DNA of 64,000 bases. It comes from Lingula anatina (taxonomy: Eukaryota; Animalia; Brachiopoda). The position numbers and the translations under genes were made by a program. Positions 52,716 to 64,000 of the stretch are shown here, piece by piece. The notes below the pieces were generated by a model. It was given only the letters and a program-made list of their open reading frames with translations, was not told the DNA's origin and ran no database searches. Location: the NCBI GenBank assembly GCA_051362555.1, contig CM120642.1, positions 33,046,001-33,110,000 on the forward strand, in the 5' to 3' direction. Position 1 is the first letter of the stretch; the number at the start of each line of letters is the position of its first letter.

Positions 52716-55700
52716 ATGGCATCAGTAGAAGCCTGGCTGAAGACTCTCAATCTGGAAAATTACGTCTCCACACTAAAAGCAGCTGGCTTCACGGAAATAT
52801 CCTTGTGTCACAACCTTGATGACATCACGCTGCAGAACATAGGAATACAGCTTCCAGGGCACAGGAAGAGGATTCTGAGCCACTTACCTCGGGAGTATGT
52901 TAATCTGTCCCAGGTGTCAGGTGACGTGGAAGGACACGAGACGGAGGCTGTGTATTCTAATGTGCCTGAGACTGAGGCGCCACCTATCCTGCCGCCAAAG
53001 AAAAGAAGTTTTGTCGAGGATCCTTTGACTGCACCCAAGGTGGTTTCGAGACCTGTACCCCAGCCGCGACACAGGGCCTCGTCTAGAAAAAGCAGTGGCA
53101 GCTCTAAGAAAAGTTTTCTCTCAGATGAGGTGCAGTCTCCAAAAGAGACAGTGCCGGAGGATGATGAGGCTTTAACCAAGTCAGAAGATGCTGTAGGATC
53201 AGTTTATGCAAACACACAAAATGTTAAGACACAGATGCCCTCTGGTGGCTTGACAGAATCTCCACTTGAGGGCACCACTGTCAATTTTGGGACATCAGCA
53301 CTTGGGGAGCGTAAATTGAGCGAGCCACCAAAGCCCAAGCCTAGGCCGCGACCACGACCCTATAAATCTTTTGATAGCAGTGCAAGCACTCCTGCTGGAC
53401 AGGAGACCAAGAAACAGAACAATATGGCCGACATTCTACCAATACACAATAAGACAGATGTTGTGCCTGCTGCCAATATGGCAGACACCACTTGTGTACA
53501 AAATAATGGCAATGACAGACATTCTGACAGCACAACAACACCACGAGTGTCAGACGAGATCTATCAGAACACAGAGATTGGCCCAGACATCAGTGCCCTT
53601 AGTGATTTTCTCGAAACTGAAAACCGCAAAAGCAATTCAAGTTTTGGGTCTAGTAGTGCAATCCGAGGCTCAGTAGGTATCGAAAGCTTACGCGCCAGAC
53701 TGGAAGACCTAGATGCTCTAATTCCTTCCGATGACGAAAGCTCCCCTACCAAACTGGGTGCTCTTACAGGCCCTGAGCTGTTAGACCAGGTGCCCCCCTC
53801 CCCTCGCCTGGTCAGGGCTGCGTCGAATAAATCCAAACCAATGACCAAGCCTCCTGATGCTGACATCACAGACATGTTTGATCCATTCAGACGTGTCTCT
53901 TCAGAAAAGAAGGAATTGAGTCCCCTTGCTATCAAGTCTAATTGTCTTGATGTTCCCATCAGTTCATCCACACAAATAAATCCCCCTAAAAGCCAAGACA
54001 AGTCAGCCACACAGACATCAAACTATGAAGCAATATGGCCAAGCAATAGGTTGTCTGGGATGGTTTTAAGTAAGAACAAAAGTTCTGCTGGGGACTTGAT
54101 GTCCATGGACTCGCCATTGGATCCACATAAAGATATCCTCTCTGGAAGTAACCAGCTCCCACAGGCTTTGAATCTGGAGACTCCCCCAGGGTCAAGAGAC
54201 TCCACCCTCTCCTTCACATGTCCGCCACCGAGTTTTTCTCCTCCACCTCTTCCAACTATGGTGGCTCCCCCTATCCCACCACGAGCTGGGCCACCAGATT
54301 TTCCAGCTCCATCTTTACCCCCCACAGACAAACCACCCGCCTTTCAGGCTCCACTGCTACCAGCTTTTGAAACATCAAATCAAACCTTTGAAGCAAACTT
54401 TGCTGACTTTGATGCATTCAACAATAAACCGAAACCTGTGCCTCGGAGTCGTCCACATAAAGATTTAGACGTATTCAATACTGATCTAGAGGCCAACTTT
54501 GAGACTACTGCCTCAAGTCAACCTTTACCATCAAATGCGGATGCCGATGCCTGGAAAAGAGGCTCACTTCAAAGTCGGCCATTAACGGAAGACGTGGGGA
54601 TCTACCATGATGAGAATTTCTTTGACGACAGTCAAAATCAGAATCCCAGCGTGAGAGAAAGTGTGAACAATGGGAATGTGTACTGTGATGTAGCTCCACC
54701 TACAACAAGTCAAGCAACAGGTGGAAGAGAAAGCTTAAGTGTAGAAAATGTTTACACAGATTTACCAACCAATGACAGCCCAGCACCTGCTCCTGTTGCT
54801 AGGCAACCCATCAGACCTGCTCCGCTGCCGCCAGGGCCAAGGCCCAGTGCTGTCAATAAACCTTTTATGGGTAGGTATTTAGGATCTAAATTTATTTTCA
54901 GCATTGAAGGGATGAAACTTTTACAATATGGATTTGTTAAAAGGCATCATTTGTCATAATATTTAATTTATTTATTTCGAGAATAGTTGAAAGTCATTTA
55001 CAAAACTATGTAACTATTAAATGTTTTACACTTCATTCATATTTCACAGAATTAATCAAATCTGTAGTTCTGTATCACAAGTTTCTCTACAAATAATGAA
55101 TTTTCAACACTTCTAGACTTCTACATCAGTCTGTATGTGTCCATTACTTTCTATCACATGTTTTTTCCAGGTACCAGGGTCTTGCCTCCATTGCCCTCTA
55201 TGCCCAGACCTCCAGCTCCTCATGCCATGCCAGATGACAGTGCCATCTATCAGTTGCAGGGAGAAGTGGACTCTCACGGTAAGACAAAGTTCATGTAGCT
55301 GGCTAATTACTCTATGGGACCAATCTCAGACCCTATCGTACTAATTGTGGGTCAATCTATCTCTGAGGGGAATCTTACTAAATTGCAATCAACCTGAGCG
55401 GCTTAGATGTCTGACAAACCTACTGAAGCTGCTAGTGGGTATTTCTTTTTGTTAAGCAGGTTTAGTAGGCATGTCAGACATCTAAGCCCCTTAAGCTGAA
55501 AGCAATTTAGCGAGAAACCCCTCGGAGATGGATTGATCCTGTCAGATTGATCTAGGTATGGGAACCCAGTCTATGTCTGATGCATAGAAGCTGTGATAGT
55601 TAAAGCATGTTCTGATGGATGTGTTGTGGTAGTGCAATGCAACTATTAGCTTTTCTGAATTAACACATGGTTCCCAGATCTGCTACCTTCCCTACTTATT

Positions 55701-55979
55701 GGGTAGAACTCTCCAACTTAAAATGCAAAAATTGATTTGATTGAATTATTGATGAAAACAGGCTGTTACTATAAAACAGCTGATGATATTCTTGAAACTA
55801 ATCATTGAAAGACCTCAACTGAAATTTGATAAATTGCTTCCTTGTCAATTTATTTTGTTTATATTGTGTAGGCAAAGTATTTGATTATAGCAAACTGATA
55901 ACGCATATCTAATATACACAAAAAAAACATGTTACTTTCTTAAGTATCCAAAAAAAGGTCATCGAAAAAAAAGGAACAG

Positions 55980-56029
<50 letters not shown>

Positions 56030-58985
56030 TGAGTGTGTCAGGGTGGAGGGCATAGGGCATGCGGGGGGGGGGGGGGAATCTTCCTCTCTGAAAATTTTTT
56101 TTTTTTTTTTTTTTTTTGACAGGGTGTGAGCATTTTTTGTCTTTTGAAAAATGATAATAAAACTATCATAATGTTAGCATTCAATACCCTGCTCAAGGAC
56201 CCCAGTAGATAAACACAAGCTGTGGTCAGTACAGTAAGGAAGGCATGAGGTACCAGATTGTATTAAGAATTAATTGTGATCTACAGTGAAGTTTTTTTCT
56301 TTAAAATGTATCGTTAGGCAGATGTCACATTATAAGACATTTACGCATATCTAAAAGCGTTTTGGTTTCTCTTTACAAAATGGCGTCTCATATATTTTTT
56401 CATAAATTGTAAAATCACTATGACTCAGGATTTCATCCTCACAGTTCAATAAACATTCTCTTTGTGCAAAATAAACAACAGTTTAAACAGAATCATGTCT
56501 GCAGACATACTTCTGGTGTGTATAATTCTATTGAGATAACTCAGCCAGGTACAGGTAAAAAAAGGTGCGAACTTCCCTTATCATCAGGAAGTTATAGGAC
56601 GGTACACATCAATATGAGTAATAAATGTTTGTATAAAAAGGAAGTTAGAATAGAGAGGAGTGAAGCGAAAGGCAAATATACCTTGTGAAGCCATGACAAA
56701 CCAACATGCAGTCTGTGAATTGATTTCATTTTGTAATAGTTCTGCAGTCAGCTGAAAATGTGGAAATGACATCCACTTTTTTTGTCTGACTCAGATGACA
56801 CTTTGAATTCACGTTTAACATGTCTTGACTGGATTGCTGCTTATCATACGTGCATTGATTACAATATGTTGCTGAGTGGTTAACATGAAATAGAAGTCAC
56901 ATATTTAGACAGTGAGAGTTTGAATATGAACAGCAACTTCACCAGATGGACATTTTCAGTTTGGTGTATCTTTTATATATGTGATACCACATATTGCTGC
57001 CCTGTTACTTAAGGTCAGAGACTTCATCATGTTTTAATTCTTTTAACCTGCACACATATGATTGTATGTTATAATCACTGTGGATTTACAAGTTTTCATC
57101 CAGTGACATGTTGGATTTCAAGAATTTCTGCTATAAGTTCAGGAAGCATACTCATATTTCAAAGAAGAGAGGATTTTTCAGCCCAGGTTGGTGCATCTTA
57201 CAAGTAGTTATTATGATGAAGTGCACTGGTTCAAAGGGCAGCTTTGTGCACAAAACAATTTTGATGAAATATGCATTAAAAAATTCATGGAAAATAACTT
57301 GCCTAAAAAGAAGACTTAAAGGGCACTCAATATTTCTTACTTCAAGCAAAAATAATTTATGTATAATAAAATGTAGTAATTAAGATTTAATTTATATCTG
57401 TCAAAAATATCCCATAATGATCGCCATGGACTGTAGACGCTTGAGATTTCAGAATCAAAATCTCCAAAATTCAATAACCAAACCATCTAGCGGACTTTGT
57501 ATACTGGGCAAATGTTCCACATGGTTGGTGCATTTCCACTGATTCTTTGATTTCTCAGTCTTACATGGCTGTCTGATCATCACAATGTGAGGTGCCTTAC
57601 CTGTATACAACCTTATAAGAGCTTCATGAAGTTCAGTCATTGTTAATCCAGCTTAAATTCAATGCTTCCTCACATTTTATATCATATCTTCAACATGTAT
57701 GGTATATTATACCTCTGTTCCACATATTAACAACCTTCTCCAACTCAGTATGTGTGAACCCAGTGTTAACACAACTCCCTCTATATACTGTTGTCATCTT
57801 CCTTTTGACATTTACAATGGAGATAATGTATGACCACCAGTCAGATGGTTGGTCAGTTTATATGTGGCCACACTGGTGCATTCTATGATTATCTGTCAGT
57901 AGCTCATATTTCTTTGAGTGTTGTTATTGTAGCAGGCATACCAGTATTGTGATCTGGGGTCCTGTATTGTATTCAGAGATAGACTGTGGAGGGAGGTTAT
58001 GCTCTGTTTAGGATTAGTTTCTGAGAATATTTAGCACTGTTTAAAGAGAAGAATGGGTGTGAACACAGGCACGGTAACACTGGATGAAGATTTGGATTTT
58101 GGGATATGATTTAACACTGGCCAGCTACATCTATTTGATGGTTATGATCCACAAATCAAAACCTGGATATGTCTAAAAAGTTGCAAGTTGCCCCAGACAA
58201 GGAGAGGTATAAATGAATCAGTTGATTATTCAGACAATTGTTTCAGTGATATATCATACCATGATGTTATTTACTGACTATTTTGAGGACAGCAGTTGAT
58301 AATCTCTGTGAAAGCTGTCTCTTTGCCAGGACAGAAATACTGGAATACACACCCCATTGTGTTCCATTAACTGACAGTTGTTATATTGAAGGTGGATGAT
58401 GCACCATTGCCAAGTGACAGTTACAGTAACACACACACACCTGTGATGCTGATGTAGTTCTTCAACTTTGTCTTCTCTCTGGTGGAACTTTTACATCATC
58501 GTGCGCTGTGTCAACTCGTATACTGATGTTGTGTTTTGAGTATGATATTTTCAGTTATTAATGGACAGTTACAGTAAAACACGGATACCTTGGGGCATCA
58601 GTTTGAGAAATAACAATAAGATGCTTTCACTTTACTGACATCCCATCTTTGTGTAACATTTTGAAGTTGTACCATCTCTAAGCAAGGAGGCAGTAACAGT
58701 AACATATACAACTATAGTTATATGAGAACAGAGTCATATATTAGAGGACTGTGATACTGCTGTCAAAGATGTCTTATTTCTAGACAAAGAGACAGCAATG
58801 TGTTAAATGTGAGAAGAGTGATACATTAACAACCATTATTGTGACTATAACTAATATTGCTGTTACTTGGACAGTGGACAATGTATCATTTTCTTGTAAA
58901 GAGATTAAGTCGAAGGTTTAGTCAGTGCAGTCTGGATGAGGGAGGCGCGGACTGCAATGGTTTGTATTTAGAGTTGTGTGTGTGT

Positions 58986-59016
<31 letters not shown>

Positions 59017-60373
59017 AAGGAAGGGAAGAAAGTAATGGTTTGTATCTAGGGATAAGTGTGTGTGTAAGCATGTCATTGTATAAGCCTACCCAATGCATGT
59101 GAACATGCAATATTCATTTTTTATATTCAGTCTTGATACATGGTAATGACTCAATCCTTTCAATTGGGGAAATTGTAAAATTTTAATAATTCTGTATTTT
59201 CTTAAGTCTTAAATTCTTAAGATTAGAATATTTCCATAGAGTGGTAGCAACAAAATGAAAAAAAAAAACAGACAACCTTGTAGGTGTATTCTGTACAGTA
59301 AGTGCACCAAAATGTTACATAGAAATCTATATTTAATTATTCAAAAATTAAGTATCTAATGGTAAATTTTCCTCACCGAAAAGTCATTTTCCTAATTGCT
59401 ATCTGTCACAGCTGGTCAGAATTTTACATATTTTTAAGCGCTGCATAATCCGTGTTATTATGTTATTTACGTCCTATAAACACCCAGTATTTTAATTCAG
59501 TTCAAACCACTTAGTTTCTTTAATAGATTCAATGGCAAAATAATTATAAGACATTGAACAATTTCTTCATCCTATAGTAAGTAGCTTTAGCTTATTTGCT
59601 AGTCTGAATCTGGTATATGCAAAAGCAAGCAGTGGATTCTATCTATCTATCTATCTATCTATCTATACAGTATCTATATATTTGATCTTCAATTTCATAT
59701 ATTACTGAAGGGCTCTTTAAAAATGTCTCATTTCCAGCAAACAGTAACAATAAAACATTGCAGTATTCAATTTGTAACTTAAAAACAATGGCAGCATTAA
59801 ACCTGGCTAATGTTGGAAAATACCAAATTATTTCAAATCTGCACCTACAGGCTGACATTTTGAAAACCCGTTTTTGGCCAGATGTTGACCTAGGCTCGAA
59901 TCTTGTCTTATCTTATCTTGTCACAGATACAGGCTTTTGTTTTAATACAGGGTGATTTATTGTGTGATATCTGTTTTGAATATGTCCGCTGCATCACATG
60001 GTTTGAATACCGTACTCACGGCCTTCAGTTACTGTACTAGAGCACCGAGCACCGTCCACTGATGTTTACTTTGAAGTGAAATATGAGGATCTAATGTTTT
60101 ATATCAGTGAACAAGGTGTGTGTATGTGTCAGTGTATAATGTGTCATCCATCACTGGAATATTACTAGTATGTGTTAGAGTATGTGTGTTATAGTACAGT
60201 GACCTGCCATAGGGTTACTAGTAGGTGACCACTGACCAAAGGTTAACATTAACATAGATTGAGAGATTTAATTTACTTAATAGATAGCTTATTCATTTGT
60301 ATGGTGATAGTTAATACTTATTGACACTTTTTTATTTATTTATTATTTTTAAATTATTTATTTATTTATCTAT

Positions 60374-60410
<37 letters not shown>

Positions 60411-63400
60411 ATCTATTTATATTTATTCATTTATTTATTTGTTCATTGGGGGTGAGAGGGAAGAGCTGAAGTTAAAACTTTATGTATTTTATCTTTAGTT
60501 CAGCACACTGGAGGACAGGAGAATAGATCTAGCCTACAGTGTGGTTCTATTTCTTCTATTAGAAGGATCAAACAATGTTTCCAAAAGTTTATTCTTAAAT
60601 TGCCTGTAATAAATGAATAGTAAGCAAATAATAGTTGCGACTTCTGATGTCATGTTGGGCAAGTGGAAAGCTGAGTCGGGCCAGTGAGTTTCATGCCTCA
60701 CTGGCCCGAAGGGCCAGAAGAAAAAAAGTTAGTGTCAAGCCCTGTCTAATTACTTTAAAGTGTATTATAATTACAGCCACAATTTGTCTTTTGTTGCTGA
60801 GTTATGCAGATATAATGCCATGTTCTTGGTTCTCAGCAGAGGTGAAAACACTGGTGTTTGTATGCTTTGAATTTATTAATGAAAGATTTTTTTAAAAATC
60901 TGTTATTTTCCAGCAGAGGTGAACGAGAGCGAGGACAGCCTGAGCGATGGCGGGGAGATCTACAGCGCTGTGGAGGAGAGTACAATGCCCAAACCCTTCG
61001 ATCCTGCTGAAATGAGCAGTAGGATCCCCATCACTCCAACATCACCTGTAAGTTACAATTATATCAATTCATTGTATTAGTGACATTACTGTCAAAATAA
61101 ATGGCATGGCATAGAATTCCAGTTAGTGCAACTAAATCGTTCAATAACTGTTACAACGACTAAAAAATTACACTTTGATTCAGCTGATTCACTAAAGGTG
61201 TTTTTACTTGAGAGGCAGTCCGACAGCAGATTCTTTTTAAATTCAATATCAGCTGCAAGAGTTTAACAGTAGAAGTTGTCCAATTGCTTAATGATGTGTT
61301 TTAACCTAATAAGTCTCCCTCTTTGAATTCTACTGAAGAGTCTTTCTGAAGATTCAAGATAATTTCTGCAAGTTGTTATGTTTTTGTAGTTTATGCTTTC
61401 ATCCACAAATTTAATCGCAGGATATTTTGTTTCTGTTCAGGTAAGGAGAACAGAAAGGCAAGGCATGCTGTATAAACAAGGAGGGTAAGTATATAAATGG
61501 AAATTCATCTGTGTAGTCTGTTTATTATATTATAAATCTTTAACTACTTTTTCTACACTGTACCACACAAAAGGGAGCAAGTTTTGATACCTACCATGAT
61601 TCTGTATCTTTCACAGCATTTTCTGCCTGGTTTTGTGATTAAGATTTTCTGTTTATTTCAGTAAACAAGGGAACAAAGGCTGGAGAAAACGCTGGGTTGT
61701 TTTCAATGGAAAAGACATCAGATATTATGAAGATCAAAAGGTAGTTTGTAGTCAAACTTTTTAGTCCATCTAATTTGCAAAATATAGTATGGTGAAATTT
61801 AATGTTTTTTATACAGCAAAATAAAAAGGAGTGATAGTGCAATGCTATGGCAGACAGAAGGTTGAATTTATTTTGTGATAATTTCTTTCGAGCATATATT
61901 GCTGGTTTAAATTATATTGTATTATTTTCTGTGATAAATTATAATTGCAAATTTCATTAAATTAATATTTTGTCAAAATATAAACAAGTTACATATTAAG
62001 GTATTAAAAAAAAGAATTATGTCGCTTTCTTGAAATTGGTCAATGCTATCATGATGATAATTTTAAAAGGAGTTGTGTCCTTTAAAACTATTTGTTTTAT
62101 CAAATTCTCCAGAGTAAAGTCTCCAAAAGAATAATCCCTATGGCGGTGATGAAGAATGTGGAGAACGATGTCAGGGTAGGTACAGTTACAACAACATTAT
62201 TGTCTAAAGAGGTACATTAGTCTCTTTTCTAAAAACATCATACCCTTCATCTTGCAATTTAATGTAAAACATGGGAGTGAAGAATAGATCTCTCAGATAT
62301 CAGATAGACATCATATTTTGAAAATAAAAATATTTGGTATGAACGGACAGTCATTGTCAGTCTTGAATAAGTCTCTGTTATAAAGTAATGGAGAATGACA
62401 GCAGAGTCACATACCTGTGCTATGTTTTATATGATCTGATGTTTGTATATAGTTATTGGTCTGTTGAGGAAGTATTGAACCAAGTTTTATTGCTACAACT
62501 GGACTGAAATTGGGACAAAAATATCTCTGGTTTAAGTTTGACCTGATTTGAATGATATTTGATGTTTATCTCCTGAACTCCAATACTTCCATTTGAGATA
62601 AATTTCATATAGTATAATAATAATATATTATAGACTGTTAGATAAGGTGAGTTTTACAACTAATTGTTATTGATATATTGTATCCCAACTTGATAATCAA
62701 TCATATTTCTGAAGCTTAAGACATGAGGGGTGGAAGAGGTAAGTCTTAGATGTATAGGTGTTGTAACAATGGCTTTATGAATTAAAATTCTTATTTCTTT
62801 TTATTTTCATTCATTGGTAGTATAAAAATTACTTTTAAAGGTATCTCCTGATATGTGCAATTTAAGTGATCACCTACATTACACTGGATAACCATAAAGT
62901 CTGTAAACTTCATGGCAGTCTGTGCTCACTGGCGTCTTGGTGGTTAACTTTATGTTTATTATATTCCTTGAGTATATAAAAAAAAACTGACCTTAAGCCT
63001 TTGGTTTACTTCATGACAAGCTAGACAGTTTGTCTTTATCGACACTAGTGTCACTTCTTGGTACAATGAAGGATAGAGGTGACGGCTCTCACAGGATGTA
63101 TTGTAAAGCTGGGATGTGATTAAGTGCCGTAATTGCTTTCTCATGACATTGTGTACTGCAATACCTGATGATTGTTGAGCTGTTGCTCTTGGTTTTGTCT
63201 TTTCTTAAATTGATAGATGTTCAAGTTTGTTCATTTGTAGTTGGTGTGCCAGATACCAAGTTAAATCACCATTTGATTAAATTGAAGTGCAAATATACCA
63301 AAGTGTTGAAGTAATTTGTAAAAAAAATGTTTTTGCTATTAGTACATTTATAGTATTTAGGTCAGTTTTAAAGACATTTGCATTATAAACTATTTATGTT

Positions 63401-63581
63401 TTCAGGCAAATATTTTGGGAATTGCTGCCTAGAAGGTGTTTCTTGCGATTTTTGGAAGTAAGAAGTGTTTAAAAGAACTCATTTCATTTCTCATTATACT
63501 TCCAGCCAGGAGAGTCAAAGCAGTATCGTTTCAAGCTCTTTACTCTTGACCGTGTCTTCATCTTTGCTGCTGAGGATTTAG
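52716..63581 (+). CDS. ARAP: ARAP-family protein (Arf-GAP with Rho-GAP, ankyrin repeat and PH domains), 3'-incomplete
   Basis: Exons 52716-54870, 55171-55278, 60914-61047 (NAGNAG, alt 60917), 61441-61484, 61662-61740, 62113-62175, 63506-63581, in frame. N-terminal SAM domain (VEAWLKTLNLENY...IGIQLPGHRKRIL), long Pro-rich region, then a PH domain (RQGMLYKQGG...GWRKRWVVFNGKDIRYY...FKLFTLDRVFIFAAED). GAP domains would lie beyond the window, so the family call rests on SAM-linker-PH order. Confidence 0.8.
55316..55572. mobile_element. Family A MITE, fully palindromic (foldback) copy
   Basis: Arms 55349-55435 and 55452-55539 are imperfect reverse complements; same motifs as the copy at 2868-2999. 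Confidence 0.7.
58881..58959 (+). CDS. Candidate alternative first coding exon of ARAP (SAM-less isoform)
   Basis: ACA-ATG context, MYHFLVKRLSRRFSQCSLDEGGADCN, donor G|GTTTGT in phase 1, compatible with acceptor at 60914. Confidence 0.4.
60041..60115 (+). CDS. Candidate cassette exon of ARAP (75 nt, phase 1-1)
   Basis: Branch-like TACTCAC 60013-60019, TAG acceptor, open frame EHRAPSTDVYFEVKYEDLMFYISEQ, donor AAG|GTGTGT. Confidence 0.4.
60640..60744. mobile_element. MITE end fragment with perfect 13-bp hairpin
   Basis: TCGGGCCAGTGAG (60676-60688) / CTCACTGGCCCGA (60697-60709), ending in AGTGTCAAGCCCTG, a CAGGG-type terminus on the minus strand. Confidence 0.45.
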
Positions 63582-64000
63582 GTAAGTTAAAAAAATAACC
63601 AAAATATAATCACTATTTTAAAAAAGTAAAATGATATCTGTAGCATTTTATCTTCATTATGACTTGTTGCACCATTAGCTGGTGTTTCAAGTATTTTGGC
63701 AGCGAAGATGTTTTCTGTGGAAGCAGCTGCTGAGAAAGTTTTGCCTCAAAGGATGACTAAAGGTGTTTTACTTGAGAGGCAGTCCTTATTACCTGTCAAA
63801 CAGAAAAATAATGTGTGTGTGTATAACAAAATGACAAATATGTGGTGATTACAACAAGAAGAAAAAGATGCAATTCATAAAAATGACTTTTCTATACACA
63901 CTGGGAGTTTAAATCCTGTTTGAAGAGTTAACACAAAAAGTGTTTTTTGTCACCTGGCATTGTTGTTGTCCACATGAACATTTTTTTTTTTTGTTTTTTG

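Noticed and set aside
52808-54699. Antisense ORFs in ARAP exon 2
   Set aside because: Shadow ORFs of the long coding exon.

Overview
AT-rich, intron-rich animal (invertebrate, possibly lophotrochozoan; taxon not provable from the sequence) genomic DNA, not prokaryotic. Four spliced protein-coding genes lie on the + strand, reconstructed by hand from GT-AG boundaries and frame continuity: (1) an MFSD4/NaGLT1-type major facilitator transporter (first coding exon not located); (2) a complete type II glutamine synthetase (6 coding exons, 367 aa); (3) a complete 7-exon uncharacterised 324-aa protein with an RRNNPHP motif, an internal helical repeat and an RFX-like promoter site (candidate ciliary/sperm protein); (4) the 5' part of an ARAP-family gene (SAM, long Pro/Tyr-rich region, first PH domain), running off the window. 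Intergenic and intronic DNA holds Harbinger-like and hAT-like MITEs, a Helentron-associated (HINE-like) element, microsatellites and many short tandem duplications. The most unusual signals are: duplicated copies of real splice sites just inside introns (three acceptors, one candidate donor), where use of the acceptor copies would give premature stops or a uORF; a cluster of three C/EBP-ATF (amino-acid-response-type) sites in glutamine synthetase intron 1; a ~5.3 kb segment bounded by a 120-bp inverted repeat and containing stop-interrupted exon-like pieces; and candidate alternative ARAP exons. All alignments were done by eye; no database searches were run.
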